The position numbers and the translations under genes were made by a program. From Azolla caroliniana (lineage: Eukaryota > Plantae > Polypodiophyta), in the NCBI GenBank assembly GCA_043228905.1, contig JBHGNT010000004.1:9858001-9922000 (forward strand): a stretch of 64,000 bases of DNA, given 5' to 3'. Shown here in pieces: positions 1-13,800 of this stretch (position 1 is its first letter; each line of letters begins with the position of its first letter). The notes beneath the pieces were generated by a model, which did not search any database, had not been told where the DNA came from, and saw nothing but the letters and a program-made list of their open reading frames with translations.

Positions 1-417
1 CTCTCTCGCTCTCTGTACACTGTTACACACACGCTCTCTTCTTACACCAACAAGAAAATGAAAACTGCTACTAAAAGTTTGCCCTAAGTCATATTTATAC
101 TAATATGACTTTTCGGCTATTTACAAATATAGCCATGATGGACTCTCAGAAACATATTTACGAATATGTCTCTTCATCCGGTCTTGACCGGGTCTGCACC
201 ATCCGGCTCTCCATAGCCGGGTACTCCTCATTCGGTTCTCACTGGGTCTGCACCATCCGGCTCTCCGTAGCCGGGTACTCCTCATCCGGTTCTCACCGGG
301 TCTGCACCATCCGGCTCTCCGTAGCCGGGGACTCCTCATACGGTTTCGGCCTCGGCCGAGTTTGTTCATCAGCATTGTTCTTCTCCCTTCCCATCCGAAG
401 GGACCTGTCTCCCAACA
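1..417 (-). mobile_element. Partial Ty1/copia-type LTR (cut by window start) inserted in a gypsy RNase H region
   Basis: Ends ...CCCAACA at 417 (minus-strand TGTTGGG start). Layout and motifs resemble the copia LTR ending at 54527 (gccctag/tatttatac, atttacaaatat, ccatccg..gggacc). Gypsy RH sequence SDHKNL resumes right after it. Confidence 0.6.
172..340. repeat. 54-bp tandem repeat, ~3 copies, inside LTR
   Basis: Unit ctcatccggttctcaccgggtctgcaccatccggctctccgtagccgggtactc; appears as an 18-aa repeat in the ORF track. Confidence 0.9.
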
Positions 418-1489
418 CAGTGATCATAAAAACCTCACATACTTTCAGAATGCTCAAGTTCTAAATCGATGACAAGCTCGGTGGACACAATTTTTGTCAC
501 GGTTCAACTTTATGATAACATATCGACTAGGAATACAACAAGGTAAAGTTGATGCCTTATCAAGACGCTCTTATTTTGCACCAAAACCGGGGGACCCAAC
601 TTATGACCATCAAGAACAAGTCCTTTTGAGCCCTAGTCGTCTACAATTAATGGTGACAAATGTTGCTGAGACAACTTTGGATTCAAAATTTCTTGATTCT
701 ATTCGCTCAAGCATTGGTTCAAATGATTTTGCACAATACATTTTAGACCACATTGTTCCAACTTTTTGTACACGCTCCAACTTTTCTCGCATGGATTATG
801 GGAACTTCAGTTGGCATGATGGGATTTTTTATCGAAACAACTGTACTTATATTCCCAATGGACCTTCTCGACTTGAAGTCTTGCATCACTGCCATGATTC
901 ACCATTAGCTGGACATTTCGGAGTTTTGAAAACATTGGAGCTAGTTACCTAAAACTATTGGTGGCCTCAGGTTCGTCAATTTGTCATAGAATATTTTTCT
1001 ACATGTGATGTATGTTGTCAATCAAAGATGCCTCGACATCGGCCATATGGTTAGTTGCACCCATTGCCCATTCCAGATGGTCCGTGAAAATCCATTTCTA
1101 TCGATTTCATTACAGATCTCCCATCTTCCCAAGGCTATGATGCTATTCTTACAATCCCACGGTCAAGGATCGTCTAGAACAACTCAAAGAAATTCAAGCC
1201 AACCTTTCCCATAATTTGCTTCATGCTCTCATTATCTTCTTTTCTTGGATGTCTACATCTTCTTTGAAGCTTGGGCCGCGACAGAATTCATCAAGACATG
1301 CAATACTTGTGCTTGATCCAAAGTAGCATATCATCATTCATACAATCTTCTCTAACAACTCCCATTCCAAGCAGGTTGTGGGCATCTATGTCACTTAACT
1401 TCATCACCAACTTAGCTCAAGTTGATAGAGTCGACTCGGTGATAGTAACGGTCGACCATTTTACCAATTTGGTTCACTTTGTCCCCTAG
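418..1489 (+). pseudogene. Degenerate Ty3/gypsy chromovirus pol fragment (RNase H end to integrase HHCC)
   Basis: SDHKNLTYFQ, GKVDALSRR, HDSPLAGHFG, SIDFITDLP-like motifs with stops; collinear with the intact pol at 59476-63033. Confidence 0.9.
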
Positions 1490-2494
1490 GGAGTTCACTG
1501 TCAAAACTTGTATGATACCACATGAGTTCATCAAAAGGGGTTTAAATTAGTCACAAAGATACAGAATGTATATATATAAGGGTATTAATAAATATTTGGA
1601 AATATATTTACATAAGGGTATTATCGATTATGCTAGTGAAAGCAATTTCATAACCCCATGAAATATTACATATTTCAATGAGATAGTAAAGAATATATTA
1701 TACAAACAATACTCAAATTTGGAGTAGCATATATACATACATTATTTTATACATACATACATATACATGCATGCATGCATATATACCTACATTCAAACAT
1801 TACATCCATGAATATGTATATACATACATTACACCCATTTATACATGCATACTCACTAAACATAAATATATGTACAAATTATATATATTAGCATATGTAA
1901 ATATGTACATACACATACATAAATACATTACATACTACGATCTAACATTTCATTGACGTATGTGATAAGAAAAAACAGGAGAAAAAACAGAGAACACTGA
2001 AGAAGATGAAGTAGAAGATAGTTGACACGTTATGTCAGGGGAACTCTGACGCAACGCCCCAACCACTCCTCCACATTTTGCTATCATTGTCGTCTTTACG
2101 CGGGAAGAAGAGGTCATGCTGAGAAGAGAGGTACGTCATCTACACTCCTATTCAATAGTGTGCAGGGTAATAGGTTTACAGCAAAATAGAGGGGATTTGC
2201 GAGATCTCCTTCAGGTGGCGTTTCAACATTGGATAGGAAAAATAATTGATGTTTAGTTCATTCGGCATGGTTTTTATTACTTAGAATTGGATACAACTGA
2301 GTCCATAGAGGTAATGTTGAATGGTAATATGATTAATATTCGGAATGTGATTGCATGTTTTGTGCCATGGAAATTGGGCTTTGATCCCATCAAAATTATG
2401 AATTTTCCATTTTTTTCCAAAGAATGCCTAAGGATACATGGTTGTACTTCCATCAATCGCAATGAAAATCTTCACAGTTCCTTCTCCTCGTAAG

Positions 2495-2866
2495 TGTCAT
2501 GAATACATAAACATCATGGCTTGACCTGGGCTTGAACCCAAGACCTTGAAATACATAATCAAGAACCTAACCATTAAGATAACCTATGATCATATAAGAT
2601 GATAAAAGCTACTTCTTATAATACACTGATTATGGTAAATACTCTGGAACATTCTAGAACATTCTATAGGAACCTATAAATATAGACATGTACAATTCTT
2701 CTCAAACCAATTCGAATCAACACCAGTCTTAAGCTCTCATTAGCTATCTCGTATCCATTCTCATTCTATCTAATACATTCATTCTTCTCTTATCATTTCA
2801 TTCCTCTCTTCTTGTGATCTCTTTATATCTTTCTTCTGTCACTCTATCTTTCTCTTGGTTCTGACA
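2495..2866 (+). mobile_element. Chromovirus LTR, family A' (372 bp)
   Basis: TGTCA...TGACA ends, TATAAATA at 2675, followed by a self-complementary PBS (2869-2880) and a gag remnant. Confidence 0.8.
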
Positions 2867-2923
2867 GTTTGATTCAAATTCATCTCTCTCTCCTTTATCC
2901 TCGTCTATAAACATCATGAAACC

Positions 2924-3400
2924 ATGGTTGCCATCAACTTAGAAGAATATCTCACCCTTGTTGCAAAAGTGGAGAATCTTAAATCCAAGTTTGCATCTCT
3001 TCCATTAGAGAATCAACGTCTTCTTGGATATCCACAAAAGGTTACTATGGAGAAACAACAACAACAAGAGGAGTTTACATGACGGGTGCAACAATTAGAA
3101 TCGACAATCGTAGTTTTACAACAACATAGGGTCGAACGTCAAGGAATTATCAAGGAGCCGAAAATCAGCCTCCCAACTAAATTTGAAGGTTTGAGGGGGA
3201 ATTTCCGAGGTTTCTTGAATCAAGTGAGGTTGGTAATTCAAATGCATCCCACAGGTTATGCGACAGATGCATCACGAGTCGGGTTAGTGGGCACCTTATT
3301 GATTGGCATAGCGTTGTCATGGTTTTCTCCATTACTAGAGACAAACTCTCCTCTACTGCATAGTTTCGAGGAGTTTAAAGCTTGCTTTCGAGATACAAAT
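2924..3400 (+). pseudogene. Truncated gag of family A' chromovirus
   Basis: KEPKISLPTKFEG, GFLNQVRLVIQMHP, homologous to gag at 58280; interrupted by the LTR at 3401. Confidence 0.85.
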
Positions 3401-5247
3401 AGTCATGATATGGCAATACTCGAACCCATGACCTTATGTTACATGGGTCGAGCTCTTGACCATTAGACTATTTGCTGTAATACAAAGGATATTATTTTCA
3501 TTTAAGTTTTACTATAGAAAATTGACATATATTCCAGATTTCTCTGGAACATTCTAGAAACTTCAGGAGTACTCCTGAGAAAAATATAAAAGGAGGTACA
3601 AGGAATTATTTCGAGCCAAATTGGTTCAACGCCAGTCTTAAGCCTCCTCCTAGCTACTATTGTATATTCTCTTAACATAATATATATCTTTTGTTATCAT
3701 CATTCTCTCTCTCGATCTCTCGATCTCACTCACTCTTTCCTTCTCTCGAGAGTTCTACACCTCCCTTAGTACTAATCCTCATCTTTTAGTACTAATTCTT
3801 TATGTGTCTTAGTACTGTTCTCTATCTTAGTACTGCTCCTGACAGTACTTCTCTTAGTACTGCTCCTGACAATTTGAACCGATTTTGCTCTCCTTCCTTC
3901 TCTTCCTTTATCTTCTTACTTCCCTCCCTTCATACTAATCTCTTATTAATCTTTTCTCTCATACTATGGCCATTGTTAGCGCTCAAGAATATCAATCCGT
4001 TTTTTAGGAGTTGCAATGCTTAAAAGAGAAGTTTCTGGCATTGGAACAAGAAAATCAACGACTATTGGGGGAGCTTCAACAAATCTCCTTAGAGAAGCAG
4101 CAGATGCAACAACAACACGGGGAACTAGCATTACACATGCAACAACTCGAAGCAACCATAGTAGCAATGCAACAACAAGGACCCAGTACGCAAGGGGTTC
4201 ATAAAGAACCCAAGATCGGTCTTCCCATGAAATTCGATGGAATGCGATCACAGTTTAGAAGATTCCTTAATCAAGTACGATTAGTCATTCAAATGCATCC
4301 TTCTCGAGATGCCACCAATGCATCACAAGGGGGTTTAGTAGGCACGTTGTTAAGTGGCTCAGCTTTGGTATGGTTCGCTCCATTGTTAGAAAAGGAATCT
4401 CCTTTACTAAACAATTTTGAAGAGTTTTTAAGTGAGTTTAAAGCTTGTTTTGGAGACACTGACAGCATAAGGACAACAATCAACAAAATCCAACGATTAC
4501 ATCAAGGTGATCGTCCAGCCTCCGCATACACTGCAGATTTTCACCTACTCGCCTCCAATATCCCCTGGGATGACCAAGCACTTATGGAGCAATTTCGTTA
4601 TGGTCTACATAACGATGTCAAGGATTTACTCTTGACCTTCCCCGAAGAACCAAAGTCATTGACAGAAGCAATCAGTCATGCGGTGAGATGCGACAATCGT
4701 CTTTTCGAACGACGTTCGGACCGTCAGTTCCAGATGCCAAGCGCAAGATCAGAGCTCACCTACGCCTCAGTGGTAGAAAAACCTTTTCCAAGGGAGTCAC
4801 ATAATGCGTCTCCAGTTAATACTCCAACTCCGATGGAAATTGACACTACACGTCGTCGCGGACCATTATCGGAAGAAGAAAAACAACAACGTCGAGCAAA
4901 TCGACTATGTCTTTATTGCAGTGGACTAGGGCATATTGCAGTGAACTGTCCCCATAGGCCAAGAAGATAGGTGAACCAAATAGTTGCTAGTCCTAATTGT
5001 ACTAAACCCAAGTCTATTTCAGTAGGAATATCTGATAGTCCTAATAGGACTAATAGTCCAAATCTATCAAACAAATTTGATGTCCTTAGTCAAATAGATG
5101 AAGAGTTAAACGATTAAGTCCAGCCAAAATAGGAGTCGTTTGGTTAGACAGCCCTAGATCTGTGCAGCTCATTAGTGGTTTCATTCCCTCTAAGCAAGTT
5201 AACAATGTGTTCTTAGCCCAAGTAACCGTTAGTACTAAAAGTACCTC
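3401..5247 (+). mobile_element. Family A chromovirus 5' half: LTR (3401-3871), PBS, gag (to 4970), start of pol
   Basis: LTR similar to 18128-18599 and 57720-58178. Gag has CCHC knuckle CLYCSGLGHIAVNC and a premature stop. The GTTAAAC frameshift cassette is retained at ~5105. Confidence 0.9.
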
Positions 5248-5253
5248 TAACCG

Positions 5254-6804
5254 TTAGTACAATTAGAACTAGCAATTATTTGGTTTACCTATCTTCTTGG
5301 CCTATGGGGACAATTTATTGTGATGTGTCCTGGTCCACCGCAGTAGAGACATAGTCGATTTGTTCGGCGTTGCTGCTTTTCTTCTTCGGATAATGGTCCT
5401 CGACGACGTGTAGTGTCAATCTCCATCGGAGTCGAAGTATTCACTGGAGGCACATTATAGTACTCCCCAGGTAAAGGTTTTGCTACCATTGAGGCGTAGG
5501 TGGGCTCTGATCTTGCCCTCGACATCTGTAGCTGTCGTTCCGAACGTCGCTCAAAGAGGCGGTTATCACATCTCACCGCACGATTGATTGCTTTTGTTAA
5601 GGACTTTGGCTCTTCAGGGAAAGTCAAGAGTAAATCCTTGACATCGTTGCGTAAACCATAACGAAATTGCTCCATCAACGCTTGATCATCCTAAGGGATG
5701 TCAGCGGCGAGTAGGCAGAAATCTGCAGCGTATGCGGAGGCTAGACGGTCTCCTTGGCGTAATCGCCGGATTTTGTTGATTGCGGTCCTTATGCTATCAG
5801 TATCCCCAAAGCATGCTTTAAACTCACCTATAAACTCTTCAAAGTTGTTGAGTAATGGAGACTCCTTTCCCAACAGTGGAGCGAACCATGCCAACGTTGA
5901 GCCACTTAATAGCGTCCCTACTAAACCCATTGGTGATGCATCGGTAGGATATCGGGAAGGATGCATTGAATAACTAATCGTACCTGATTAAGGAACCCTC
6001 TAAACTGCGATTGTGTTCCATCGAACTTCGTGGGAAGGCCAATCTTGGGTTCCTTATGAATCCCTTGTGTTCCGGGGCCTTGTTGTTGCATCGCTATGAT
6101 GGTTGCTTCGAGTTGTTGCATGCGTAATGCAAGTTCCCCATGTTTTTGTTGCATTTGCTGCTTTTCTAAGGAGATTTGTTGAAGATCCCCCAACAACCGT
6201 TGATTTTCTTGTTCCAAAGCAAGGAACTTCTCTTTCAAGCATTGAAACTCCGAGAAAACATATTGATATTCCCGAGCGCTAACTGTGGCCATGGGATGAA
6301 AAGAAAAGAAGAATAAGAGATTAGTATGAAGGTAGAGAGACAAAAGGGAAAATTGGTTCAAACTATCAGGAATAGTACTAAACAGAGAGAGAATTAGTAC
6401 TAGAGAAGGGAAGTACTATTAGAACTAAGAGGACGGGACTGCATAAGACTCCCAAGAGAGGAAGAGAGAAGAGGAGAGAGAGAGAGAGAGAGAGAGATAG
6501 AGAGAGAGATGATGATAACTGATTATATATTATAAGAAGAGTAAGTACAAAAGGTCTATGAGGCTAAAGACTGGCATTGAACCAATTTGGTTCAAGATAA
6601 TGCCTAGTGCCTCTTTTATAGTGTTCTCAGGAGTTATCTTGAAGCTTGTAGAATGTTCCAGAGAAATCTGGAATATACATTAATTTCCTATAATAAAATG
6701 TAAACAAAAATAATATCTTACGTATTACAATAGATGATATAATGGTCAGGAACTTGACCCATATAACCTAAGGTCATGGGTTCGAGTCTTGCCATATCAT
6801 GAGA
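5254..6804 (-). mobile_element. Family A chromovirus 5' half, inverted: LTR (6364-6804) and disrupted gag
   Basis: Minus-strand ORFs 5921-6361, 5691-5966 and 5289-5678 are successive gag pieces with a CCHC knuckle. The LTR is the reverse complement of family A. Confidence 0.9.
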
Positions 6805-8399
6805 ACAATCCTTTATTATGCTTCTCTCTTCGCCGCAAGTATTAGTTTCGACCTTCGGTTCTTCGCCATCACCTCCCGTCTCTTGGGTCTTACATTGGTT
6901 CTCGAATGTAATTGCCCAAGTCTCTGGAACAAGTGTGGAGAAAATTTGGCCGTCCTCATTGGTTGTATTATCTTGGTCCTTCTCTTCCTTTTCGCCACCA
7001 TCCATCTCTTGGGTCTCACGTTGGTTCCCAGATGCAACTGCCCAAGTCTCTAGATGAAATGTTAGGAAAGTCTCCACATGACCATTCGCCATCGGCTCGT
7101 TCATAGCCATCTCTGACTCGATGTCGTTTTTCGTGGCTATCTCTTCAATCTCATGGGCCTCGCACCCATTGACCCTCTTGATCGATCAAGCTTCGATTAT
7201 CCTTCTCTCTTTGTCGCATGTATTCTTTTCGACCTTCCGTCTCTTGGTTCTCACGTTGGTTCTTTGACTCAACTGCCCAAGTCTCTGGAACATGTGTGGA
7301 GAAAATCTGGCCATGGTCGTTGTTGACGCTTGTTGTCTTGTTCATAGTCACCTCCTCAATGTCGTTTTTAGCGGCTAGATCCTCAATTACACTAACCTCG
7401 GACTCTTTATCTCCATTGATGCAAGCTTCGATTAGGCTTGCTTCTTCATCATCCGATGTTTCGAACACGACGCGCGTTCTGAAACATTCATCCTCCCTCT
7501 AAGTGGCCTTCTCCATCCCCGAGTCATCATCAATCTTCTTTTCATGTAGGTTGCTTTGTTTAGACGCCTCAACTTCTTTAGGTGTTCTTGATTTTTCTAT
7601 GCTTGGTCTTACAAAGTCAATATCATCAAGCCATTAATGACTCATGTCGATCTTGTTGCATGCTTGCTTCACCGCAACCCAGTCCGCTACAAGCCCGTTC
7701 GCTTGGGTATCATCTTTGAGGAGAGTCCCCAACTCTCTCCTATCCTTCATTTCCACAGCTTTCAAGAAGTACAAAGTCTTGTCCTCCTCAACTAGCACTT
7801 GGTCCGTGGCGGGGAGACGACGAAACATTTGGTCGAACTCATCGTACACCCTCGAGGCGCGCATCTTCTTATTTTTCTTCTCTAACCACCTCATCAAGGT
7901 ATGTCGAGTCATCCTCGACAAATCTTCCATCGAGAACTCTGCTAATATTGATCTTTCAAACTCTGACCACGTTGTCTTGCCTTCTTGAAGCTCGATGACA
8001 CGTTTTTGGATGTTGTTGACAACAACTCTCTTGAATCTTGCGATTTAACGTGCTTCGGACACGTCCCTTTGATTCATCTCCCTTCTATATGCGTCAAGGA
8101 CCTTCGTAATGTTCCTTCCGTCAAATTGAACCTCGAGGTCAACGATACAGTCGACAGCCTTCTCCACGCTCGCATCGTTGTCTCGAGATCTCATCATTTG
8201 TTCGAAGATTATCATCATCCTTTCGAACTCTCCCGCTTGATTGCTTGAGGATGCCATCTCCAAGTATTGGTCGATCCTCGACTTGATCCTCGACTTAATT
8301 ATGTCGTGAAGATCCGTCACTACGTGTGGATCGTGAGGTGGAACCGTCGGGGTTCTGAACCAGAAGGACTCGAAGTTTGCACAAGCTTTAGCGAGAAAG
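6805..8399 (-). pseudogene. Gag-like ORF relic of an unrelated Ty3/gypsy element, with acidic repeat-containing tail
   Basis: FDGRNITKVLDAY...TWSEFERSILAEF retrotransposon-gag-like segment with stops; recurring GQIFSTxVPETWA motif at 6850-7330. Confidence 0.55.
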
Positions 8400-11300
8400 T
8401 GTCATGGACAAGTATAATAGAGTAGAACAAAGATAAGACTAGAGAATAAGAGAGAGTAAAAGAACAAGAACTCAACTTATAGAACCTGTAACTTGTGTTG
8501 TTCACCTTGATTAGAATCAAGGTGCACATGAGTATTTATACAAGAAGGTAGGGCTATGTAAGACATCTAGAAATAGAGTATGCATGAGGATGCATGCAAG
8601 CTAGAAAATGAGAATACATGCAAGCTAGGAACTTCGAATGTTCAATCTACACTATATGAAGTTGAATTAAATGTAAGGATGCATATGTAGCTCAAGTGGT
8701 AGGGTTGCCCAATAGAGACCATGAGGTCTTGGGTTCCATCCCTACCTTCTTTCGTGGCATATGTCTATGACATTATCCTCCCTCTAAGGCCGCCTCCTAA
8801 CACCTGCCACCGGTTTATGGGGGTATCGTTGATGAAAAGCGCGAATTGCCTCCGGTGCATTTTGTAAATGTGTAATTGGTTCCCATGTGGCGTCCGAAAG
8901 AGGGTAACCTTTCCATAAGACCAGGTATTGAAGTCTGCTCGACGCAAGCGAGAGTCGAGGATTCAGTCAACCTCATACTCCTCACCTGTCGATAATTCCA
9001 CGGGCGGCGGCGGAGGAGGTTGTCGTCCCGAAATGTGAGAAGGATGATAGAGTTCGAGGAGAGAGACGTGGAAAACATTGTGAAGCCGAAATGTGGGGAG
9101 AAGCGATAACCGGAAAGCGACTGGGTTAACGCGCTCGAGGATACAGAATGGGCCTAGCTTTTAGTAGTCGAGCTTCGCATAGGGATGGGTGGTTGCGATG
9201 TGCCGACGTAGCAATCAAACCATGTCACCAACTGTGAAGGTCGGCACGACTAAGCGATGTTGGTCAACGTGAGCTTTATACTATTTGCCAATGGCACGGA
9301 GCTCGAGGGCGAGTTCACGATGAACATCTTGTAAGTTGTGGGCATGCTTCTCGGCCGACAGATTGATGGATATCGCCGGAATGGAAATGTTGAACCGAGG
9401 GTGGAAACCGTAATTTGCAAAGAATGGAGAAACCTTAGTTGAGGCATGGATACTGTTATTGTAGGCAAATTCCGCCATGGCAAGGAGGTCCACCCAATCG
9501 TCTTGTTGGTAGCTAACTATACACCGGAGGTATTGTTTGAGGATTTGGTTGACTCTTTCGGTTTGACCATCCATTTGAGGGTGGTGTGTGGTTGACAAGT
9601 TCACAGAAGTCCCGAATGTGAAGTCGGTGCCAAAAGTGGGAGATAAATTGAGGACCTCGATCAGAAGTGACATCCTCAAGCAAACCGTGTAACCAGACGA
9701 CATTTTTCTAGAAAAAGGGTAGTTGTCTCCTCCCCCAAAATGGTTTTCGAACATGGGACAAAGAAAGCCATCTTCGAAAACCGATCAACAACCACTAGCA
9801 CTGTCTCATTGTCACCGACTTGAGGAAGGTCGGTGATAAAGTCCATGGAGAGAGAAGCCCAAGGTCAATTGGGGATTGGAAGTAGGTGTAGAAGGTCGTA
9901 TGGACGATGGTGAGCCGCTTTGGAGCGATCACAGATGTCACAAGTTTTGATAAATTCTTTGACCAATTTCCAAGGTTGAGGCCACCAAAACCCTCGAGAA
10001 AGCAATGCCAACGTTTTGGCGACCCCAAAGTGTCCGACACAAGGATCATCATGGCGAGTTTGTAGAACTCGGAGGCGACATGGGCCAGCTGGTACTTAAA
10101 GGAGGTGATTACGATAGAGTGGCCCATCTTGAGTTCTAAAGTGACTGATATTATAGATCTAAGTACTAAAGTAAGCTTAAGATAAGGATAAAGTAATAAT
10201 AGATAGAAAGGAGAAAGAGAAAGAAGGGTGTCGATCCACCCGACCACCCCCGAGCGAAGGGATCGAGACGGACTCGAGCCTCGATCGGCGTCCCATACCA
10301 CCGTCGTGGCGTCGAGTCGTACCTGGTGCTGGCGCGCTCGCTACAAGAGTTGACCCACCACACGAGCAGAGTCTCGATGTAGTCAAAAGATGATCCAATG
10401 AGGGTAGCTAGGCCTCTTATTTATAGCGATACCCAAGGCCCCCAGGCAAGTTCACACTTGACCTAATGGGTTGTCTCAATCCCGAGGATTAAAAGTAATC
10501 CCCCCCTTCTTTACACTCTCGTTTAACCCTCACACTTATGCACGTGTATAGAATACTACGGTAAATTCTTACCACGGGATATTATATGGTCATGCCCGTA
10601 ACAACTGAGATCCGAGCTTTGCCTTTCTAGGGATAGGTTGTTGAGGCGCGCCATGATGTTAGTAGCGAAAGGATCCGAGCCTGCCTCTGATTCAACGTAC
10701 GAGTGGTGATGAAGTAGATGAGATTCTTGTGGTCAGTCACCACCTGAATACGATGTTGGGCCCCAGCCAGATAGGGTTGCCATTCAGCGAAGGCCGAGAT
10801 GATAGTTGCAAGCTCCTTGTCGTAGATCGGATAGTTGATTTCCGGGGTTGTAAACTTCCGAGAGTAGAAGGCGACCGGATGTAGGGTGCCATCGTCATCA
10901 GGCTGGGGCAAGACCGCACCTATGGCAAAGTCGGAGGCGTCGGTTTCAACCTGGAAAGGGCGGGTGGGGTCAGGGTGGACTAACAAGGGGTGGAGAGAAA
11001 AGTTGCTTTGAGGGCATTAAAAGCATTATGTGTTGCGGGGGTCCAAAGAAATGGAGTATCTTTCCCAGTAAGTTGGATGAGAGGTTGGACTAGGGAAGAG
11101 AACCTGTCTATAAATCGTCTATAAAAATTTGCAAAACCGAGAAACGATTGTACCTCTTTTAGCCAAGTAGGAAGAGGCCAATCAATGATTGCCACGACCT
11201 TGTGTTCATCCATTGTGATCCCTGTAGGTGAGATCATGTAACCTAGGAATTTGACAGAGGTCCAATCAAATTCACATTTCTCACTTTTGGCAAAGAGCCC

Positions 11301-13800
11301 ATATTCTCAGAGTTTGGTGAGAACTAGCCGGATGTGGTGTGTGTGCTCCTCCAAGTTGGAAGAAAAAACTAGGATGTCGTCAAGGTAGATGACCACGAAA
11401 TGATCGAGATACTCTCGAAAAATATCATTCATCATGTGCTGGAAAACGGTCGGAGCATTGGTAAGGCCGAAAGGCATCACTTTTTACTTGAAATGTCCAT
11501 AGCGCGTCTGAAAAGCCGTTTTCCACTCATCCCCAGGCTTAATGCGCACCAAATTGTAGGCGCCCCGAAGGTCAATTTTGGAGAAGATATGCCCCGTTCA
11601 GAGTCGATCGAGGAGCGCTGGAATTAAGGGCAGGGGGTAACGATTACGTACTGTAACTTTGTTGAGACCCCGATAATCCACACATAAGCTAAGGAGCCGT
11701 CCTTTTTTTTTACAAATAAGATTGGTGCCCCAACCAGTGGTGCCCCAACCAGTGATTTGGAGGGTTGAATGAAGCCCTTTGCAAGATTCTCAGCCAAATA
11801 TGTGTGGAGAGCCTCAAGTTTGGGTTCGGATAACCCATAGATAGGACCGAATGGGGGATGCTCGCCAGGTTGGAGTTCGATTAGGCAATTGTAGGGACGA
11901 TGAGCTTGTAACCGATTGGCATTCAACTTTTCGAAGATGTCGGAAAAGTCGTTATATCGGATGGGTAAATTGGTGACAAGAACAGTGACATTTCCCGACA
12001 CAACGGCCAGTGTAGCGGCCAAACCGGACTCGACCGTAACAGAATTAAGGGAGTGTCGTGACCGAGTAGGAATTGGCGTTCTTGGAAAAGTAATGGAATG
12101 GCTACACCAATCCACCGTCAGATTGTGTGTCTCCAACCAAGATAGCCCCAACACAATCGGATTTCGGGGAGTCGCGATGAGGTAGAAAGTCAGTTCCTCC
12201 TTTTGTGCCCCAATTTGAAGTACCAACGGGATAGTGGCTTTGGTAACCGCCCCCTACGAGAGAACCTGGCCGTCAATCGCTTCAACGGATATGGGTTGTG
12301 ATGTGCGGACAATGGGGATATTATGTGTGCATACAAAAGATTTATCAATAAAGCAAGTAGATGCTCCGGAGTCGAGCAAGGCATGATAATGTATTGAAGT
12401 CGAACCAAAACAAAGACTTACTTGCAAAGAAAACCCTCCTAATGGCGGTACGGACTTGTAGGAGCATGAGAAGGTGAGTAACGGGAAGCGTCCAGCGGCA
12501 TGGCTCCTACTGCAGCCGGACTTGGTCATTTTCCTATTGTCGAGGAACCTCCGCAAGACGTGCACGATGGAATTCGTGTCGAGGGCCTCGCACAAGACAA
12601 TGGCGGATGACATGGCCAGGGTTGCCACAATAGAGACAAAGTCCATTGTCCCAACGATGTTGGCGTTGGGCTTCAGTTAGTGGTTGGAACCGAGCATGGT
12701 CGATCTCCATCGGGGTATGGGACTCGACCTCCATTGTGGTATGGGTTTCACTGACTGATGGTAAGGTTGGCGTGGGCAACAAGTAGGGCCTGGCGATTGC
12801 TGCGTTCCGAGAAGAAGCCAGAGATCCACGAGTCCCCCGTTCTTCATGACGAAGTTCAAAAAGACAATTGTCACACTGGACAGCTTGGGAGATTACTTAA
12901 GACAACGATGTGGGCTCTAGGAAGTTTAAGAGAAGAGTCTTGACATCATTTCGGAGACCGCGACGGAAATGGTCGCGTAGGGCTTGGTCATCCCAACTAA
13001 CATCGCAGGCAATCTGGCGGAACTTTGAGCCGTAGATCGAGGCAGGACGTGAGCCTTGTTGGACAGAATAAAGCTTTGTGAGTGTTGTTCGTCACCGATC
13101 TGTCTCGCCAAATGTCGCTTCGAGCTCCTCAATGAAAGCGGTGAAGTCCTCCAAGAGAGGGGATGAGGTCTCGATCAAGGGTGCAAACCACGCTTGCGCT
13201 GGCCCAGAGAGAAGTGTGCCGACAAGCCCAACCCGAGAAAAGTCGCTAGCATACCGTTGGGGTTGTAATCGGATGATAAGCCGAATTTGGTTGATGAAGC
13301 CGCGAAGATACGCCCTCATGCCGTTGAATTTGTCAGGTAGGCTGATGGTTGGTTCGAGGACATATGGATGAGAAGAGGACGTGGTCGGGTTAGGTGTCGA
13401 CGGTGGTTGTGACTCGGCGGCTACTGGATTTCTTCAAGTGCCAGATTGCAACTCTCGTAATGATTCCTGAAGGATTTCATTCTCTAACTGAAGTTGTTGC
13501 AAGGTTGCCATGATTTGGTTTAGGTTGTCGATGGAGTCAGACATTGTAGCAAGAAAAGGAAGGTGAACAAATTGTCACGGACAAGTATAATAGAGTAGAA
13601 CAAAGACAATACTAGAGAACAAGAGAAAGTAAAAGAACAAGAACTCAACTTATAGAACCTGTAACTTGTTTTGTTCACCTTAATTAGAATCAAGGTGCAC
13701 ATGAGTATTTATACAAGAAGGTAGGGCTATGTAAGCTAGCAAGAAATAAAGTATGCATGAGGATGCATGCACGCTAGAAAATGAGAATACATGCAAGCTA
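8400..13800 (-). mobile_element. Family B chromovirus, near full length, degenerate (3' LTR 8400-8772; 5' LTR 13573-~13800 truncated)
   Basis: Both LTRs share sequence. PPT agagggaggataa next to 8772. Gag from ATG 13544 with CLYCGNPGHVIRHC; protease LLDSGA; RT; RH ETDASD; INT; many stops and frameshifts. Confidence 0.92.
10149..10603 (-). mobile_element. Solo LTR (455 bp) nested in family B pol
   Basis: Flanked by 5-bp TSD ACTGA (10144-10148 and 10604-10608). Minus strand starts TGTTACGGG and carries TATAAATA. Confidence 0.8.

Noticed and set aside
1700-1960. Short ORF in a (TACA/TA)-rich tract
   Set aside because: Low-complexity microsatellite-derived sequence.
8681-8760. Functional tRNA gene
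   Set aside because: A and B boxes are present but acceptor and anticodon stems do not pair into a cloverleaf; it is part of an LTR.
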